Shown here piece after piece: positions 1 to 9,668 of a DNA stretch of 64,000 bases. Each line of letters opens with the position of its first letter. Within the stretch, counting starts at the first letter, position 1. The position numbers were made by a program, and so were the translations under genes. The notes beneath the pieces were generated by a model that searched no databases, was not told the origin of the DNA, and worked only from the letters and a program-made list of their open reading frames with translations. The stretch spans positions 1,312,001-1,376,000 of the forward strand of contig CAWCKY010000003.1 in NCBI GenBank assembly GCA_963796275.1, written 5' to 3'. This DNA comes from an uncultured Acidobacteriota bacterium. GTDB taxonomy: Bacteria > Acidobacteriota > Blastocatellia > RBC074.

Positions 1-1068
1 GCGCACCAGAGGCTGCGGCACGACCAGATACCCCACCCGCAGTGAGGGGAAGAGAACTTTTGAAAAAGTCCCGGCATAGATGACATTTTCATTTTCATCC
101 AGTCCCTGCAGGGCGGGGATCGGACGGCTGCTATAGCGAAATTCGCTGTCGTAGTCGTCCTCGACGATCATAGCTCCCATTTCCGCGGCCCAGGCGATCA
201 ATTCCAGCCTCCTCGGCAGACAAAGGACAGCGCCCGTGGGAAATTGGTGCGAAGGGGTGACGTAAATCAATTTGGTCTGGCCGGAGGCCCGGGCCGGTAA
301 TTTCTCGATGATAATTCCGAATTGATCGACCGGCACCGGTTCCAATCGCGCCCCCTGCGCCAGGAACCGGCGGCGCGCACCGAGGTAGCCGGGATTTTCG
401 AGTGCCACCCTGTCACACCGATCGATCAGAACCTTCGTCACCAGGTCGATCGCTTGTTGCGAACCGTTGACGATGATCACCTGGTCGGCTGTGCAGCGCG
501 TCCCACGCGATCGCCCCAGATAGCCCGCGATCGCTGCGCGTAATCCAGGGTCGCCCTGAGCGGTTGCCGCATAGTCGAGGAGCTTCGCCCGGTCGGACCG
601 GCAGTGGCGCAGCAGCAGGCGACGCCAGACGTCCATCGGAAATTCATCGAGAGCTGGAATGCCGTACCTGAAATGAAAAGGCATTACCGGCTCCGGCGGC
701 TCGAAGGGGGCAGCGTCGGCCAGACTCTCGCCGTACTGCGAAAGCTTCGGTGAGGGAGTTCTGCCTTTTTGCGCGCCTAATTTGTGGGTCCCGGACGGAG
801 CCACCTGCAATAAATCGTCGGGCAGTTGGTCGCTCACCTTTGTGCCCGAACCGACCGCGCTTTGCAGATATCCTTCGCTGATGAGCTGGTCATAGCTCTG
901 TGTCACCGTCGAGCGAGAAACCCCGAGAGAGACAGCGAGCATACGCGTCGAGGGCACAGATGCCCCCGCGGTCAGGCGTCCCGTCAAGATAGATTTGCGG
1001 ATCTCTTCATAAAGTTGTCGGTGCAGTGGAACGCTTGAGCGATTATCGAGCGTGATCATGATATCCAT
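1..1068 (-). CDS. MocR/PdxR-type GntR regulator with PLP-dependent aminotransferase domain (3' end outside window)
   Basis: Manual translation from ATG 1068: MDIMITLDNRSSVPLHRQLYEEIRKSILTGRL...PSTRMLAVSLGVSRSTV (wHTH). Later YVTPSHQFPTG and IVEDDYDSEF are MocR motifs. Confidence 0.92.
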   Translation of the reverse strand, partial: MDIMITLDNRSSVPLHRQLYEEIRKSILTGRLTAGASVPSTRMLAVSLGVSRSTVTQSYDQLISEGYLQSAVGSGTKVSDQLPDDLLQVAPSGTHKLGAQKGRTPSPKLSQYGESLADAAPFEPPEPVMPFHFRYGIPALDEFPMDVWRRLLLRHCRSDRAKLLDYAATAQGDPGLRAAIAGYLGRSRGTRCTADQVIIVNGSQQAIDLVTKVLIDRCDRVALENPGYLGARRRFLAQGARLEPVPVDQFGIIIEKLPARASGQTKLIYVTPSHQFPTGAVLCLPRRLELIAWAAEMGAMIVEDDYDSEFRYSSRPIPALQGLDENENVIYAGTFSKVLFPSLRVGYLVVPQPLVR

Positions 1069-1150
1069 ACGAGACCCCTAGATTTTCCATCGCCATATGT
1101 CACCCAATCCTGCCCCTGACAGCCAAATGACAAATTGAAACGTTTTGTGG

Positions 1151-1198
1151 AGTGGACTGCTCAATCTTTGTAAAAGTGGCTCTTGCGGCAAGCCACTT
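1151..1198. promoter_or_regulatory. Putative MocR operator
   Basis: AAGTGGCT-N9-AGCCACTT inverted repeat (1174-1198) plus upstream AGTGG direct copy (1151), between divergent genes. Confidence 0.5.
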
Positions 1199-1269
1199 AA
1201 GAGGCTAATCTACCTGTCCTTTAGATTGCAAGCGAGGACAAACAGCGAAGAGAAACAGGAAGATGGGCT

Positions 1270-1956
1270 ATGGAGAAATTTACGCCGACGTCGCGGACGA
1301 CACTGAAGAGGTTGCCTAAGCGTGGGGAATACGATCGAGAGATCGTCTACCGAATTTTAGACGAGGGGTTTGTATGCCATATCGCCTTCGTCGTCGACGG
1401 TCAACCGTACGCGATTCCGACCGGCTATGGTCGCTCCGGCGACACTCTTTATATTCACGGGTCGGCCGCGAGCCGGATGTTGCGTTCGCTCGCCGGCGGA
1501 GTTCCGGTTTGCGTAACAGTGGCGCTGATCGACGGGCTCGTGCTTGCGCGCTCGGCATTTAGTCATTCGATAAATTATCGCTCGGTCGTGATCTTCGGAA
1601 CGGCGATCAAGGTCGAAGACGCGGAAGAGAAGGCGAAGGCTCTTAAAACCTTCACGGAGCACGTCATTCCGGGCCGTTGGAGCGAGGTCCGCCAGCCGAA
1701 TGAACAGGAGTTGAGAGCCACGACTGTTCTGGCATTGCCGCTCGTCGAAGTATCGGCCAAGGTTCGCACCGGTCCGCCGAAGGACGACGAGGAGGATCTC
1801 GCCTATCCGGTGTGGGCAGGCGTATTGCCTCTGCGAATGGCCGCGCTTGCCCCGATCGACGATCCTTATCTATCATCGGAGATTGAACCGCCGGACTACG
1901 TTCTGAATTATGCGAGGGGAACCGTCAATGCTGGAAGTTTTGATGAAGAAGTTTGA
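1270..1956 (+). CDS. Pyridoxamine 5'-phosphate oxidase-like / NimA-family flavin-binding protein
   Basis: LYIHGSAASRM, LDGLVLARSAF-like and HSINYRSVVIFG motifs; commonly divergent from MocR regulators. Confidence 0.88.
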   Translation: MEKFTPTSRTTLKRLPKRGEYDREIVYRILDEGFVCHIAFVVDGQPYAIPTGYGRSGDTLYIHGSAASRMLRSLAGGVPVCVTVALIDGLVLARSAFSHSINYRSVVIFGTAIKVEDAEEKAKALKTFTEHVIPGRWSEVRQPNEQELRATTVLALPLVEVSAKVRTGPPKDDEEDLAYPVWAGVLPLRMAALAPIDDPYLSSEIEPPDYVLNYARGTVNAGSFDEEV

Positions 1957-2296
1957 AAACCCTGACGAAACGCGCATGTTTGAGAACGGAAGATTCGAGA
2001 TCGTTAACATCGGCGGAATGACGATCGGCAGAGCGAGTTATGAACCCGGCTGGAGATGGTCGGAGCACGTTGGCCCGGATGCGGGAGCTCCCTTATGCGA
2101 AGTTGAGCATGTTGGGATGGTTTTATCAGGCAGTGCGATCGCCGCAATGAATGACGGCACGCAATATGAGCTCACGCCGGGGAGCCTGTTCTACATACCA
2201 CCCGTACCGCACGACAGCTGGGTAATCGGTGATGAGCCATACGTCTCGCTTCACTTTCTGGGAGCAGAACATTATACGAAGGGGGAAAAGAGATGA
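1943..2296 (+). CDS. Cupin domain protein
   Basis: EPGWRWSEHV, CEVEHVG, PHDSWVIGDE; ATG 1943 chosen. Confidence 0.82.
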   Translation: MKKFENPDETRMFENGRFEIVNIGGMTIGRASYEPGWRWSEHVGPDAGAPLCEVEHVGMVLSGSAIAAMNDGTQYELTPGSLFYIPPVPHDSWVIGDEPYVSLHFLGAEHYTKGEKR

Positions 2297-2763
2297 AGGA
2301 AGCCGAAAGAAGAGCATTGATTGCGAAGTATGCGGGCGGCTACGACGAAGTCGTCGAAGCGCTTAAGGGATTTCCGGAGGACCAGCTGACGGCGCGTCCG
2401 GTGACGGGCAAGTGGAGCGCGTGCGAGATCGTGCAGCATCTGGCCGACAGCGAGATGACATCCGCAATCAGGTTGCGGCGGCTCCTGGTTGAAGATAGTC
2501 CTGTTCTTGAGGGCTATGATCAGGAACTGTTCGCGAGGCGCCTTAATTACAACAGTCGTGAGATGGAGCCTGCGCTTCTCGCGTTCCGCGCGGCGCGTTT
2601 GACGACGGTTCAGTTGCTCGAAGGGATGACCGATGATGACTGGCGGCGCGAAGGGAGGCATACGGAGAGCGGCAGGTATACGACCGAGGATTGGTTGAAG
2701 AGTTATGCCGCGCACGCGCACACCCATGCCGATCAGATTCGAAACCTGAGTAAGCATTTGTAA
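2293..2763 (+). CDS. DinB family protein
   Basis: KWSACEIVQHLADSE ... HAHTHADQI histidine motif; ATGA overlap. Confidence 0.85.
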   Translation: MKEAERRALIAKYAGGYDEVVEALKGFPEDQLTARPVTGKWSACEIVQHLADSEMTSAIRLRRLLVEDSPVLEGYDQELFARRLNYNSREMEPALLAFRAARLTTVQLLEGMTDDDWRREGRHTESGRYTTEDWLKSYAAHAHTHADQIRNLSKHL

Positions 2764-2808
2764 TTTCAGCTCAATCTAGTTCTTTATTATTTGGGAAGGA
2801 CTCATCAG

Positions 2809-3327
2809 ATGACCAGACCGAATTCGACAGAATACGCACCGTACTATGAAAAATACATTTCGCTCGTTCCCGGTGAGAACATCGTCACGACCCTGACGAG
2901 TCAAATCGAGGACACCCTGACGCTGATACGCGGCCTCAGTGAGTCACAGGGCGATTTGCGGTACGCTCCGGGCAAGTGGAGTATCAAGGAAGTGATCGGC
3001 CATCTCATCGATGCTGAGCGAATATTCAATTATCGCGCATTGCGGGTGGCGCGCAGCGATCGGACGCCCTTGCCGGGTTTTGATGAAAATAATTATGTAG
3101 AAAACGGCAACTTCGGCGATCGCCGGATGGCGGAGCTCGCCGATGAATTCCAAACCGTGCGAAAGTCTGGCGTCTACATCTTCGGGCATCTCGACGCAGA
3201 TGCCTGGATCCGGCACGGTGTGGCGAATGATAGCGAGATCAGCGTGCGTGCCATTGCCCATATCGTCGCCGGGCATGAACGGCATCATCTCGGAATCATC
3301 CGCACGCGATACCTCGGGATAAGTTGA
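2809..3327 (+). CDS. DinB family protein
   Basis: YAPGKWSIKEVIGHLIDAER, LPGFDEN, AGHERHH. Confidence 0.88.
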   Translation: MTRPNSTEYAPYYEKYISLVPGENIVTTLTSQIEDTLTLIRGLSESQGDLRYAPGKWSIKEVIGHLIDAERIFNYRALRVARSDRTPLPGFDENNYVENGNFGDRRMAELADEFQTVRKSGVYIFGHLDADAWIRHGVANDSEISVRAIAHIVAGHERHHLGIIRTRYLGIS

Positions 3328-3337
3328 GGGATACGTG

Positions 3338-3730
3338 ATGTCAACTGAGATTTTTGTGAATTACGGAGAGGTAGTGAGCGTCGAAGCGCTTCGGGGGTAT
3401 AGCGAGAAAGCACACCTGCGAGTCGCGGACGCTCTCAGCCATCTCACTGACCCGGAAGGATTGAGGTCTGCCGTACTTTTCGAGCACGGCAGTTTACAGG
3501 TGAAGATCTATGCTCCGAGAGGACACGATCCGCAGAGGCCGCATACGCGAGATGAAATTTATGTGATAGCGCAAGGCACCGGCATATATTTCGATGGATC
3601 GGCTCGACGGAGGTTTCGTCCTGGCGAGCTGATATTCGAGCCGGCCGGTAGCGAGCACCGGTTCGATGAATTCACGGAAGATTTCGCCGTTTGGGTGCTC
3701 TTTTATGGTCCCGAGGGCGGAGAGGAATGA
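3338..3730 (+). CDS. Cupin domain protein
   Basis: DPQRPHTRDEIYVI, EHRF, WVLFYGPEGGE. Confidence 0.8.
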   Translation: MSTEIFVNYGEVVSVEALRGYSEKAHLRVADALSHLTDPEGLRSAVLFEHGSLQVKIYAPRGHDPQRPHTRDEIYVIAQGTGIYFDGSARRRFRPGELIFEPAGSEHRFDEFTEDFAVWVLFYGPEGGEE

Positions 3731-3803
3731 GAGGGCACGAAACGAAAGATCAGGCTCTTTGTTTATCAGCTTAGCTCGCCTTTTTCATTTTTCATATGTC
3801 TGG

Positions 3804-4409
3804 TTACATGCTCTCGGCAAAATTCCTGAGCAACTTCAATCCGGCCGACTGGCTCTTTTCCGGGTGAAACTGCACCCCGAGAATACTCCCGCGCCCGCAG
3901 ATTGAAGCGAAGCGGCTGTCGTATTCCGTCTCTCCGATTACGCACGATCGATCGCTCGTTTCGACGTAATATGAATGAACAAAATAGAAGAAGGGCTGAT
4001 CCGGCAGGCCGGAGAAGGCCGGATGGTTTTGTTTAAAGTCTACCTGATTCCAACCGACATGCGGGATGCGTACGCCATCGGGAAATCTTACGACGCGGCC
4101 CGGCAGCAATCCCAGTCCTCGATGGACTCCGAATTCGTGCCCTTCATCGAACATCATCTGAAGGCCCACACAGAGTCCGATGATCGGTTTACCCGCCATG
4201 GCAGCCTCGATCACCAATCGATCGAAACCGAGTTTGCGCAGGCTGTCCATCGCATAACCGAATGCGCCGACTCCGAGCAATACGAGCTTATCGGCTTCGC
4301 GCAATACTCGTTCATCGCGCGTTACGATCGCCGGAATGCCTTGAGATGTAAAAGCTTTTTCGACGCTCCTGAGGTTTCCGACTCCATAATCAATGATTGC
4401 GATTTTCAG
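3804..4409 (-). CDS. hisH: Imidazole glycerol phosphate synthase glutaminase subunit
   Basis: [16 protein letters not shown]-terminus upstream of the listed ORF, GLCVGLQ, FYFVHSY, QFHPEKS; apparent CTG start overlapping the hisB stop. Confidence 0.93.
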   Translation of the reverse strand: MKIAIIDYGVGNLRSVEKAFTSQGIPAIVTRDERVLREADKLVLLGVGAFGYAMDSLRKLGFDRLVIEAAMAGKPIIGLCVGLQMMFDEGHEFGVHRGLGLLPGRVVRFPDGVRIPHVGWNQVDFKQNHPAFSGLPDQPFFYFVHSYYVETSDRSCVIGETEYDSRFASICGRGSILGVQFHPEKSQSAGLKLLRNFAESM

Positions 4410-4993
4410 ATAACTCCTTTCGTCGACATCACGCCTTCGATCCGTTCGTCGACGCGTATCGCTTGCGAGAGTGCGCGGGCAACCGATTTGAAGATGGCTT
4501 CGATGATGTGATGTTGATTGCGCCCATAAAAGAGTTCAACGTGCAGATTGCATTTGCAATGTTCGGCGAACGAATGCCAGAAGTGTTCTGCCAGTTCGAC
4601 CGAGAAGGTCCCGACCTTGTCCCGCGTGTTTTGTACGTGGTAGACCAGATAGGAGCGTCCCGATAGATCAACCACCGCGCGCGCCAGCGTTTCGTCCATG
4701 GGCACATAGGCTACGCCGTAACGCACGATGCCTGCTTTGTCGCCCAGGGCTTGAGCGAAGGCTTTGCCAAGGCTGATAGCGGTGTCTTCAACCGAATGGT
4801 GATCATCGATTTTGATGTCGCCCCTGCAGGTAATTTCAAGATCGAACAAGCCGTGGCGCGCGAAGAGTTCAAGCATATGATCGAGAAACGGCACATCCGT
4901 GTCTATGCGGTTTACGCCAGTGCCATCAAGATCCAGCACCATCTGCACATCGGTTTCTTTCGTTTTTCGTTTGATTTCCGCTTTTCGACTCAT
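4406..4993 (-). CDS. hisB: Imidazoleglycerol-phosphate dehydratase
   Basis: [33 protein letters not shown]. Confidence 0.97.
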   Translation of the reverse strand: MSRKAEIKRKTKETDVQMVLDLDGTGVNRIDTDVPFLDHMLELFARHGLFDLEITCRGDIKIDDHHSVEDTAISLGKAFAQALGDKAGIVRYGVAYVPMDETLARAVVDLSGRSYLVYHVQNTRDKVGTFSVELAEHFWHSFAEHCKCNLHVELFYGRNQHHIIEAIFKSVARALSQAIRVDERIEGVMSTKGVI

Positions 4994-6060
4994 CGCTCAC
5001 AAATCTGCTTCAGCGCTGCAATCAGCGCATCGTTTTCATTCGGGGTGCCGACGGTGATCCGTACGTACTCAGAAAGCATCGGCGCTTTGCTCACATCACG
5101 GATCAGAATACCCCGGGTAAGAAGTTCTTCAAAGAGCTCTTTCGGAGGGATCCCAGTCCTCACGGCAAAGAAATTGGCGGCGGAGGGAACGGGCGTCAGC
5201 CCTTTGATCTGCTTCAATTCGGAAAAAAGCCGCTCGCTCTCGCGGCGCATCGCCTCGACCTGAGGCATCAGTAGTTCGAGATTTTCAAGCGCTACCTCAG
5301 CGGCAATCCTCGAAAAGAAATTAAGACTGTATGGCATCCTAGTTTTGTTGAATTCGCGAATGAGTTCCGGCCTCGCCAGACAATAGCCGACCCTGAGCCC
5401 GCCCATCGCCATTGCTTTTGAAAAAGTCCGCAGGATGACCAGATTTTTGTACTGTTGCAACAGAGGTATGAAATCCTCTCCGCCTATCTCCTGATATGCC
5501 TGGTCGACTATCACCAGACCCGCTGTATTTCGCAGCAGAGAGGCCAGGTCGCGCGATTGGATGACGCAACCGGTCGGATTGTTGGGCGAGCAGATGATGC
5601 ACAAATCGGCCTTGCTCGTGACGATCTTGCTGGCCAGGCGCGGGATATTGAAGGTCAGATCTTCGTTAAGCGGAACAGGCAGAATCTCGCCGCCGGCTAC
5701 CTCGATGACCTGGCGATAGACTGAAAATGTAGGCTCGGGTAGGAGCACGCGCACCCCTTTTTCAACGGTCGCGTTGATTATCGATTGAATCATTTCATTC
5801 GAGCCATTACCAGCCATCACGCCGTCCGGAATCCATCCGGTATAATCAGCGAGTTTATTAAGCAGGGGAGTCGGTACGAACTCTGGATACCGCGCCCAAT
5901 CGTGTTCCATAGCCCGGCGCAAAACTTCCTGTTTAATTGCGACTGGCATCCCGAATGGGTTTTCGTTCTGATTGACCTTGATCGGCGCCTCCACCGGTGC
6001 GAGCGTGTAAGCGGTAATGGCGCGAACATTTGGTCTTATTTTGTCGAGTGGAGAAAACAT
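4990..6060 (-). CDS. hisC: Histidinol-phosphate aminotransferase
   Basis: [24 protein letters not shown]; likely start ATG 6060 ([10 protein letters not shown]). Confidence 0.94.
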   Translation of the reverse strand: MFSPLDKIRPNVRAITAYTLAPVEAPIKVNQNENPFGMPVAIKQEVLRRAMEHDWARYPEFVPTPLLNKLADYTGWIPDGVMAGNGSNEMIQSIINATVEKGVRVLLPEPTFSVYRQVIEVAGGEILPVPLNEDLTFNIPRLASKIVTSKADLCIICSPNNPTGCVIQSRDLASLLRNTAGLVIVDQAYQEIGGEDFIPLLQQYKNLVILRTFSKAMAMGGLRVGYCLARPELIREFNKTRMPYSLNFFSRIAAEVALENLELLMPQVEAMRRESERLFSELKQIKGLTPVPSAANFFAVRTGIPPKELFEELLTRGILIRDVSKAPMLSEYVRITVGTPNENDALIAALKQICER

Positions 6061-6061
6061 T

Positions 6062-6080
6062 TTAGTTGATAGTTGATAGT
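6062..6080. repeat. Heptameric arm (TAGTTGA units), inverted partner of 6519-6537
   Basis: TTAGTTGATAGTTGATAGT is the exact reverse complement of 6519-6537. Confidence 0.9.
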
Positions 6081-6125
6081 GAGAATTCAGTTGTATGAGT
6101 AATAAATAAGTCAGAGCACTCCTGA

Positions 6126-6477
6126 CTAAATTCTTTCTTTGGATGATTTTATTATCTCGGTCAATAGCCTCGAAACTTCTTCGCATTCGGTATGAAGAGA
6201 AACAAAGGTCGATTCATCGAGATAGTTTGTATCCCAAAGTAGTTCGAGCCAGTACGCAGTCTCGGTACTTTCTTTTAAAGCAATACACATTTTATGGATA
6301 AAATCTGCCTTCGACTCCGCTTGCATAGCCTCTCTTATGTTGGCTCCTACCGAAGTCCCTGATTTGAGTATTTGTTTGCTGAGGACATACTCCTTTCTCT
6401 GTTCGGAAGTCGCTTGTAAAGTTCTACGATCTTAATAGCGAGTAAATAAGATTTAGATTTAATTGGACTTTTTTCAT
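6126..6477 (-). pseudogene. Four-helix-bundle protein (TIGR02436 / 23S rRNA IVP / bAvd-like), one base missing near 6410 (pseudogene or sequencing error)
   Basis: MKKSPIKSKSYLLAIKIVELYKR | EQRKEYVLSKQILKSGTSVGANIREAMQAESKADFIHKMCIALKESTETAYWLELL; RBS GAGGAGGAGG; AT-richer than flanks. Confidence 0.88.
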
Positions 6478-6518
6478 TGTGCCTCCTCCTCGGTTTGAGG
6501 GGTGGCCGACAATCGGTA

Positions 6519-6537
6519 ACTATCAACTATCAACTAA
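6519..6537. repeat. Heptameric arm (AACTATC units) overlapping the hisD stop
   Basis: ACTATCAACTATCAACTAA; encodes hisD terminal LVDS*. Confidence 0.9.
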
Positions 6538-7824
6538 CCTGATTGTTGTCGAGCGCGCGTGCGCATCGAATCCTTCGGCGCGGGCGAGCCGATCGATGGA
6601 CTGTGCCGTGCGGTTCAACTCAGCCTGCGTGTAACGAATGATGCTCGTCCGTTTCAGAAAATCATAAACGCCGAGGGCCGATGAGAACCGCGCCGTGCCG
6701 CCGGTCGGCAGGACGTGGTTGGTTCCGGCGAAATAATCTCCCACGGATTCCGGGGAATATGGGCCGATAAAGATCGCGCCGGCGTTGCGTAATTTGGCGG
6801 CAATCGCCTCGCTGTCGGCCGTCATGACTTCTATATGTTCAGGCGCCAGGCTGTCGGCGAGCACACACGCGTCGGCCAACGACTCGACGACGATCAACGC
6901 GCCGAACTCTGCCAGCGATCGTTCGATGATCTCGCGACGCGATAGGGATTTAGTCTGCTTAATGATTTCACGATGGACTTCGACTGCTAATTTTATGCTG
7001 GTAGTGATCAATATGGCAGCGGCATCTTCCGAATGTTCGGCTTGCGAAAGGAGATCCGCCGCAACGAAATCAGCCCTCGCCGTGTCATCGGCGATGATGA
7101 CTATCTCGCTCGGACCCGCGATGGAGTCGATATCTACGGCGCCGAATACGAGTTTTTTGGCGGCAGCGACATATTGATTTCCCGGCCCGACGATCTTGTC
7201 CACCCGCGGGATCGTCTCTGTGCCGCAGGCGAGTGCGGCGATCGCCTGCGCGCCGCCGATTGTGTAGACTTCGTAGATCTCGAGCTCTTTGAGCATAGCG
7301 GCGATGACGGGGTTTTTACTGAATTGTGCCGGCGGGGTGACCACGATGATGCGTTCGACTCCTGCAACCTGCGCCGGGACGGCGTTCATCATCACAGTCG
7401 AAGGGTATGCGGCGCTTCCGCCGGGTACATATAATCCGACCGTCTCCAGCGGTCGAATGCGCTGGCCGAGGCGCACGCCGTTAGCCCCCTCGATCTCCCA
7501 ATCACGCAGTAGTTGCCGCTCGTGGAAGTAACGGATGTTCGAAATGGCCTCGCGCATCGCTTCGATGAGTCCTTGTTCGACCTGGGCGGATAGTTCTTCG
7601 ATCAACTCTTGATCGACGCGCAACGACTTGGCTGTCACCGCAACTCCGTCAAAACGGGCGGTATACTCGATTAAGGCTTGGTCGCCGCGCGTGGCGACAT
7701 CGCGAACGATGGCTTCTGCCTGAGCCAGAGTTTCGTGGTTCAAGCCTGACCCGCGGCTCAGGATGCGTTGTATTTTTTCGTGATCACCGGGGCGAGAACC
7801 GAGCAGTTTGATGATTTCGATCAT
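6523..7824 (-). CDS. hisD: Histidinol dehydrogenase
   Basis: GLYVPGG, GGAQAIAALA, GPGNQYV, AGPSE, QAEH, PEH, GDYFAGTNHVLPT. Confidence 0.97.
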   Translation of the reverse strand: MIEIIKLLGSRPGDHEKIQRILSRGSGLNHETLAQAEAIVRDVATRGDQALIEYTARFDGVAVTAKSLRVDQELIEELSAQVEQGLIEAMREAISNIRYFHERQLLRDWEIEGANGVRLGQRIRPLETVGLYVPGGSAAYPSTVMMNAVPAQVAGVERIIVVTPPAQFSKNPVIAAMLKELEIYEVYTIGGAQAIAALACGTETIPRVDKIVGPGNQYVAAAKKLVFGAVDIDSIAGPSEIVIIADDTARADFVAADLLSQAEHSEDAAAILITTSIKLAVEVHREIIKQTKSLSRREIIERSLAEFGALIVVESLADACVLADSLAPEHIEVMTADSEAIAAKLRNAGAIFIGPYSPESVGDYFAGTNHVLPTGGTARFSSALGVYDFLKRTSIIRYTQAELNRTAQSIDRLARAEGFDAHARSTTIRLVDS

Positions 7825-8486
7825 GAACTTCTCTCTTTTACCTGCAATACCTCTGTCATCTCGGCGATCAAAGCGCCTACCTCTACGCGCTTAAGATGAA
7901 AGCTCGCGCGATTGACGATTAGACGCGCGGTCGATTCTGTAATGACATCGATCACTTCCAGTCCGTTTTCTTTGAGCGTTCTGCCTGTCTCGACGAGGTC
8001 GACGATTCGCTCGGATAGTCCGAGCAGAGGCGCCAGCTCGACCGAGCCAGAGAGCGTTATGACGTCAATCGGCACACCGCGTGCGTGAAAATATTCGGTT
8101 GCGATGCGCGGATATTTGGTCGCCACGCGCACGGTTGCGAGCAGATTGTAGTCCTGACCCAGGACTTCCCGCTTACCAGCGACGGCAATCTTGCACCGGC
8201 CGATCCGCAGGTCGAGCGGCTCGTGGACACCGGCCCGCGATTCGAGCAGTACGTCACGCCCGCATACGCCCACATCGGCCACGCCGTATTCGACGTAGGT
8301 CGGTACATCCGACGGTTTGACGAAGACGAAGTCGAAACGCCCATCGGTCGAATTGAGCAACAGTTTGCGCGAGTTCAACTCGCTTTCGGCAACGATGATC
8401 CCAGCACGCGCGAAGAGCGCGAGCGCGTCGTCCTGCAGGCGGCCCTTCGAGAGCGCTATAGTTAACCTGTCGTGATTAAGGCTCAA
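7821..8486 (-). CDS. hisG: ATP phosphoribosyltransferase, short form
   Basis: ALSKGRL, VATKYP, GSVELAP, DLVETGRTL; adjacent to hisZ. Confidence 0.96.
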   Translation of the reverse strand: MSLNHDRLTIALSKGRLQDDALALFARAGIIVAESELNSRKLLLNSTDGRFDFVFVKPSDVPTYVEYGVADVGVCGRDVLLESRAGVHEPLDLRIGRCKIAVAGKREVLGQDYNLLATVRVATKYPRIATEYFHARGVPIDVITLSGSVELAPLLGLSERIVDLVETGRTLKENGLEVIDVITESTARLIVNRASFHLKRVEVGALIAEMTEVLQVKERSS

Positions 8487-9591
8487 CGATCTTGACCCTC
8501 TCGCCCTGTAAACGCAAATTACGGGCTATATTGAATGCACGCACGAGATTTTCGCCTGATTCGACGTGTTGCGTCGGTTCCGCGCCGCTCCCATTCGATT
8601 GCGGAAAACGATGCGAGACGGCGCCCGCCAATCCGTCTAAAGCGAACGAGAATCCGACTGCCGGCTCGGGCGCGCCGAAATTACCGATTAAATTGTCATA
8701 GCGGCCGCCGCTGCCTACCTCCACGCTCCATCCCGGCACGTATACTTTGAATGTCAATCCGGTGTAATACTCCAGGCCTCCGGCATCACCCAGGTCGACA
8801 TCGAAATTATCTTTCAGACCGAGTTCGGCCATGGTGGTAAAAATATCAGCGATCTGTTCGACTGCCGCGCGCGATCTTTCATCGATCAGTACCTCGCGCG
8901 CGCGGGCGATGGCGCTATCTTTGCCGGCGATCTGGGTCATTCGGCAGAAATCCAACCGTCGTGATTCTTCTATGTGCGGCGCAACATTTTTCAAAAATTC
9001 CGCCAGAGCCAGGCTGTTCCGGCGATCGATCAGCTCCCGCAGTTGCGCGCGGCCGGCCTCCTCGAGCTTGAGATGCTCGGCAACTCCATTGAAAAAATCG
9101 ACGTGCGAAAGCGCTATGCGGAAATCATCGAGCCCGAGCGCGTTCAATACTTCGGCCGCGATGAGCAATATTTCGATATCGGCCACGATTACCGGCTGTC
9201 CAATGTGCTCAACGCCGAGCTGGTGGAACTCGCGCGCTGATCGTTCGGTCGGTTCGTCGTAGCGGAAGACCTCGCCGGAATAGCAGATCCGCAGCGGGCG
9301 CTTCTTGTCTTTGAATCGCGTAGCCACCGTGCGGGCAACTAGCGAGGTCAACTCCGGACGCAACGCGAGCAGCGCGCCGTCCCGATCGACTAAGCGATAG
9401 GTGCGAGCGGCTTTCTCTTCACCCATCCCGCGCGCGAAGAGGTCGTGGTAATCGAAGATCGGGAGAATGATCTCGTCGTATGACCAGCCCGCGAAAACTT
9501 CCATCGCGCGCCGTTCGATATAACGGCGCAGTCTGACCTCGTCGTCAAAAAAGTACTGCACGCCGGACGGGATTTTGGTGAGTGATGACAT
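8476..9591 (-). CDS. hisZ: ATP phosphoribosyltransferase regulatory subunit
   Basis: HisRS-like: LALRPELT, REFHQLGVE, YYTG, GGRYD; next to short hisG. Confidence 0.92.
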   Translation of the reverse strand: MSSLTKIPSGVQYFFDDEVRLRRYIERRAMEVFAGWSYDEIILPIFDYHDLFARGMGEEKAARTYRLVDRDGALLALRPELTSLVARTVATRFKDKKRPLRICYSGEVFRYDEPTERSAREFHQLGVEHIGQPVIVADIEILLIAAEVLNALGLDDFRIALSHVDFFNGVAEHLKLEEAGRAQLRELIDRRNSLALAEFLKNVAPHIEESRRLDFCRMTQIAGKDSAIARAREVLIDERSRAAVEQIADIFTTMAELGLKDNFDVDLGDAGGLEYYTGLTFKVYVPGWSVEVGSGGRYDNLIGNFGAPEPAVGFSFALDGLAGAVSHRFPQSNGSGAEPTQHVESGENLVRAFNIARNLRLQGERVKIVEP

Positions 9592-9668
9592 AATTTAATT
9601 CAAGCGGATATCATATCTCGCTTTCGGCCAGGTGCCAAAACGCAAAATTCCCGCAACCATCATATCTT

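Noticed and set aside
6061-6186. 42-aa N-terminal extension of HisC in the ORF track
   Set aside because: It runs through the four-helix-bundle gene end and the repeat arm; HisC-like sequence starts at ATG 6060
6126-6477. Diversity-generating retroelement (Avd-like gene)
   Set aside because: No reverse transcriptase and no TR/VR pair with adenine-specific differences seen in the window
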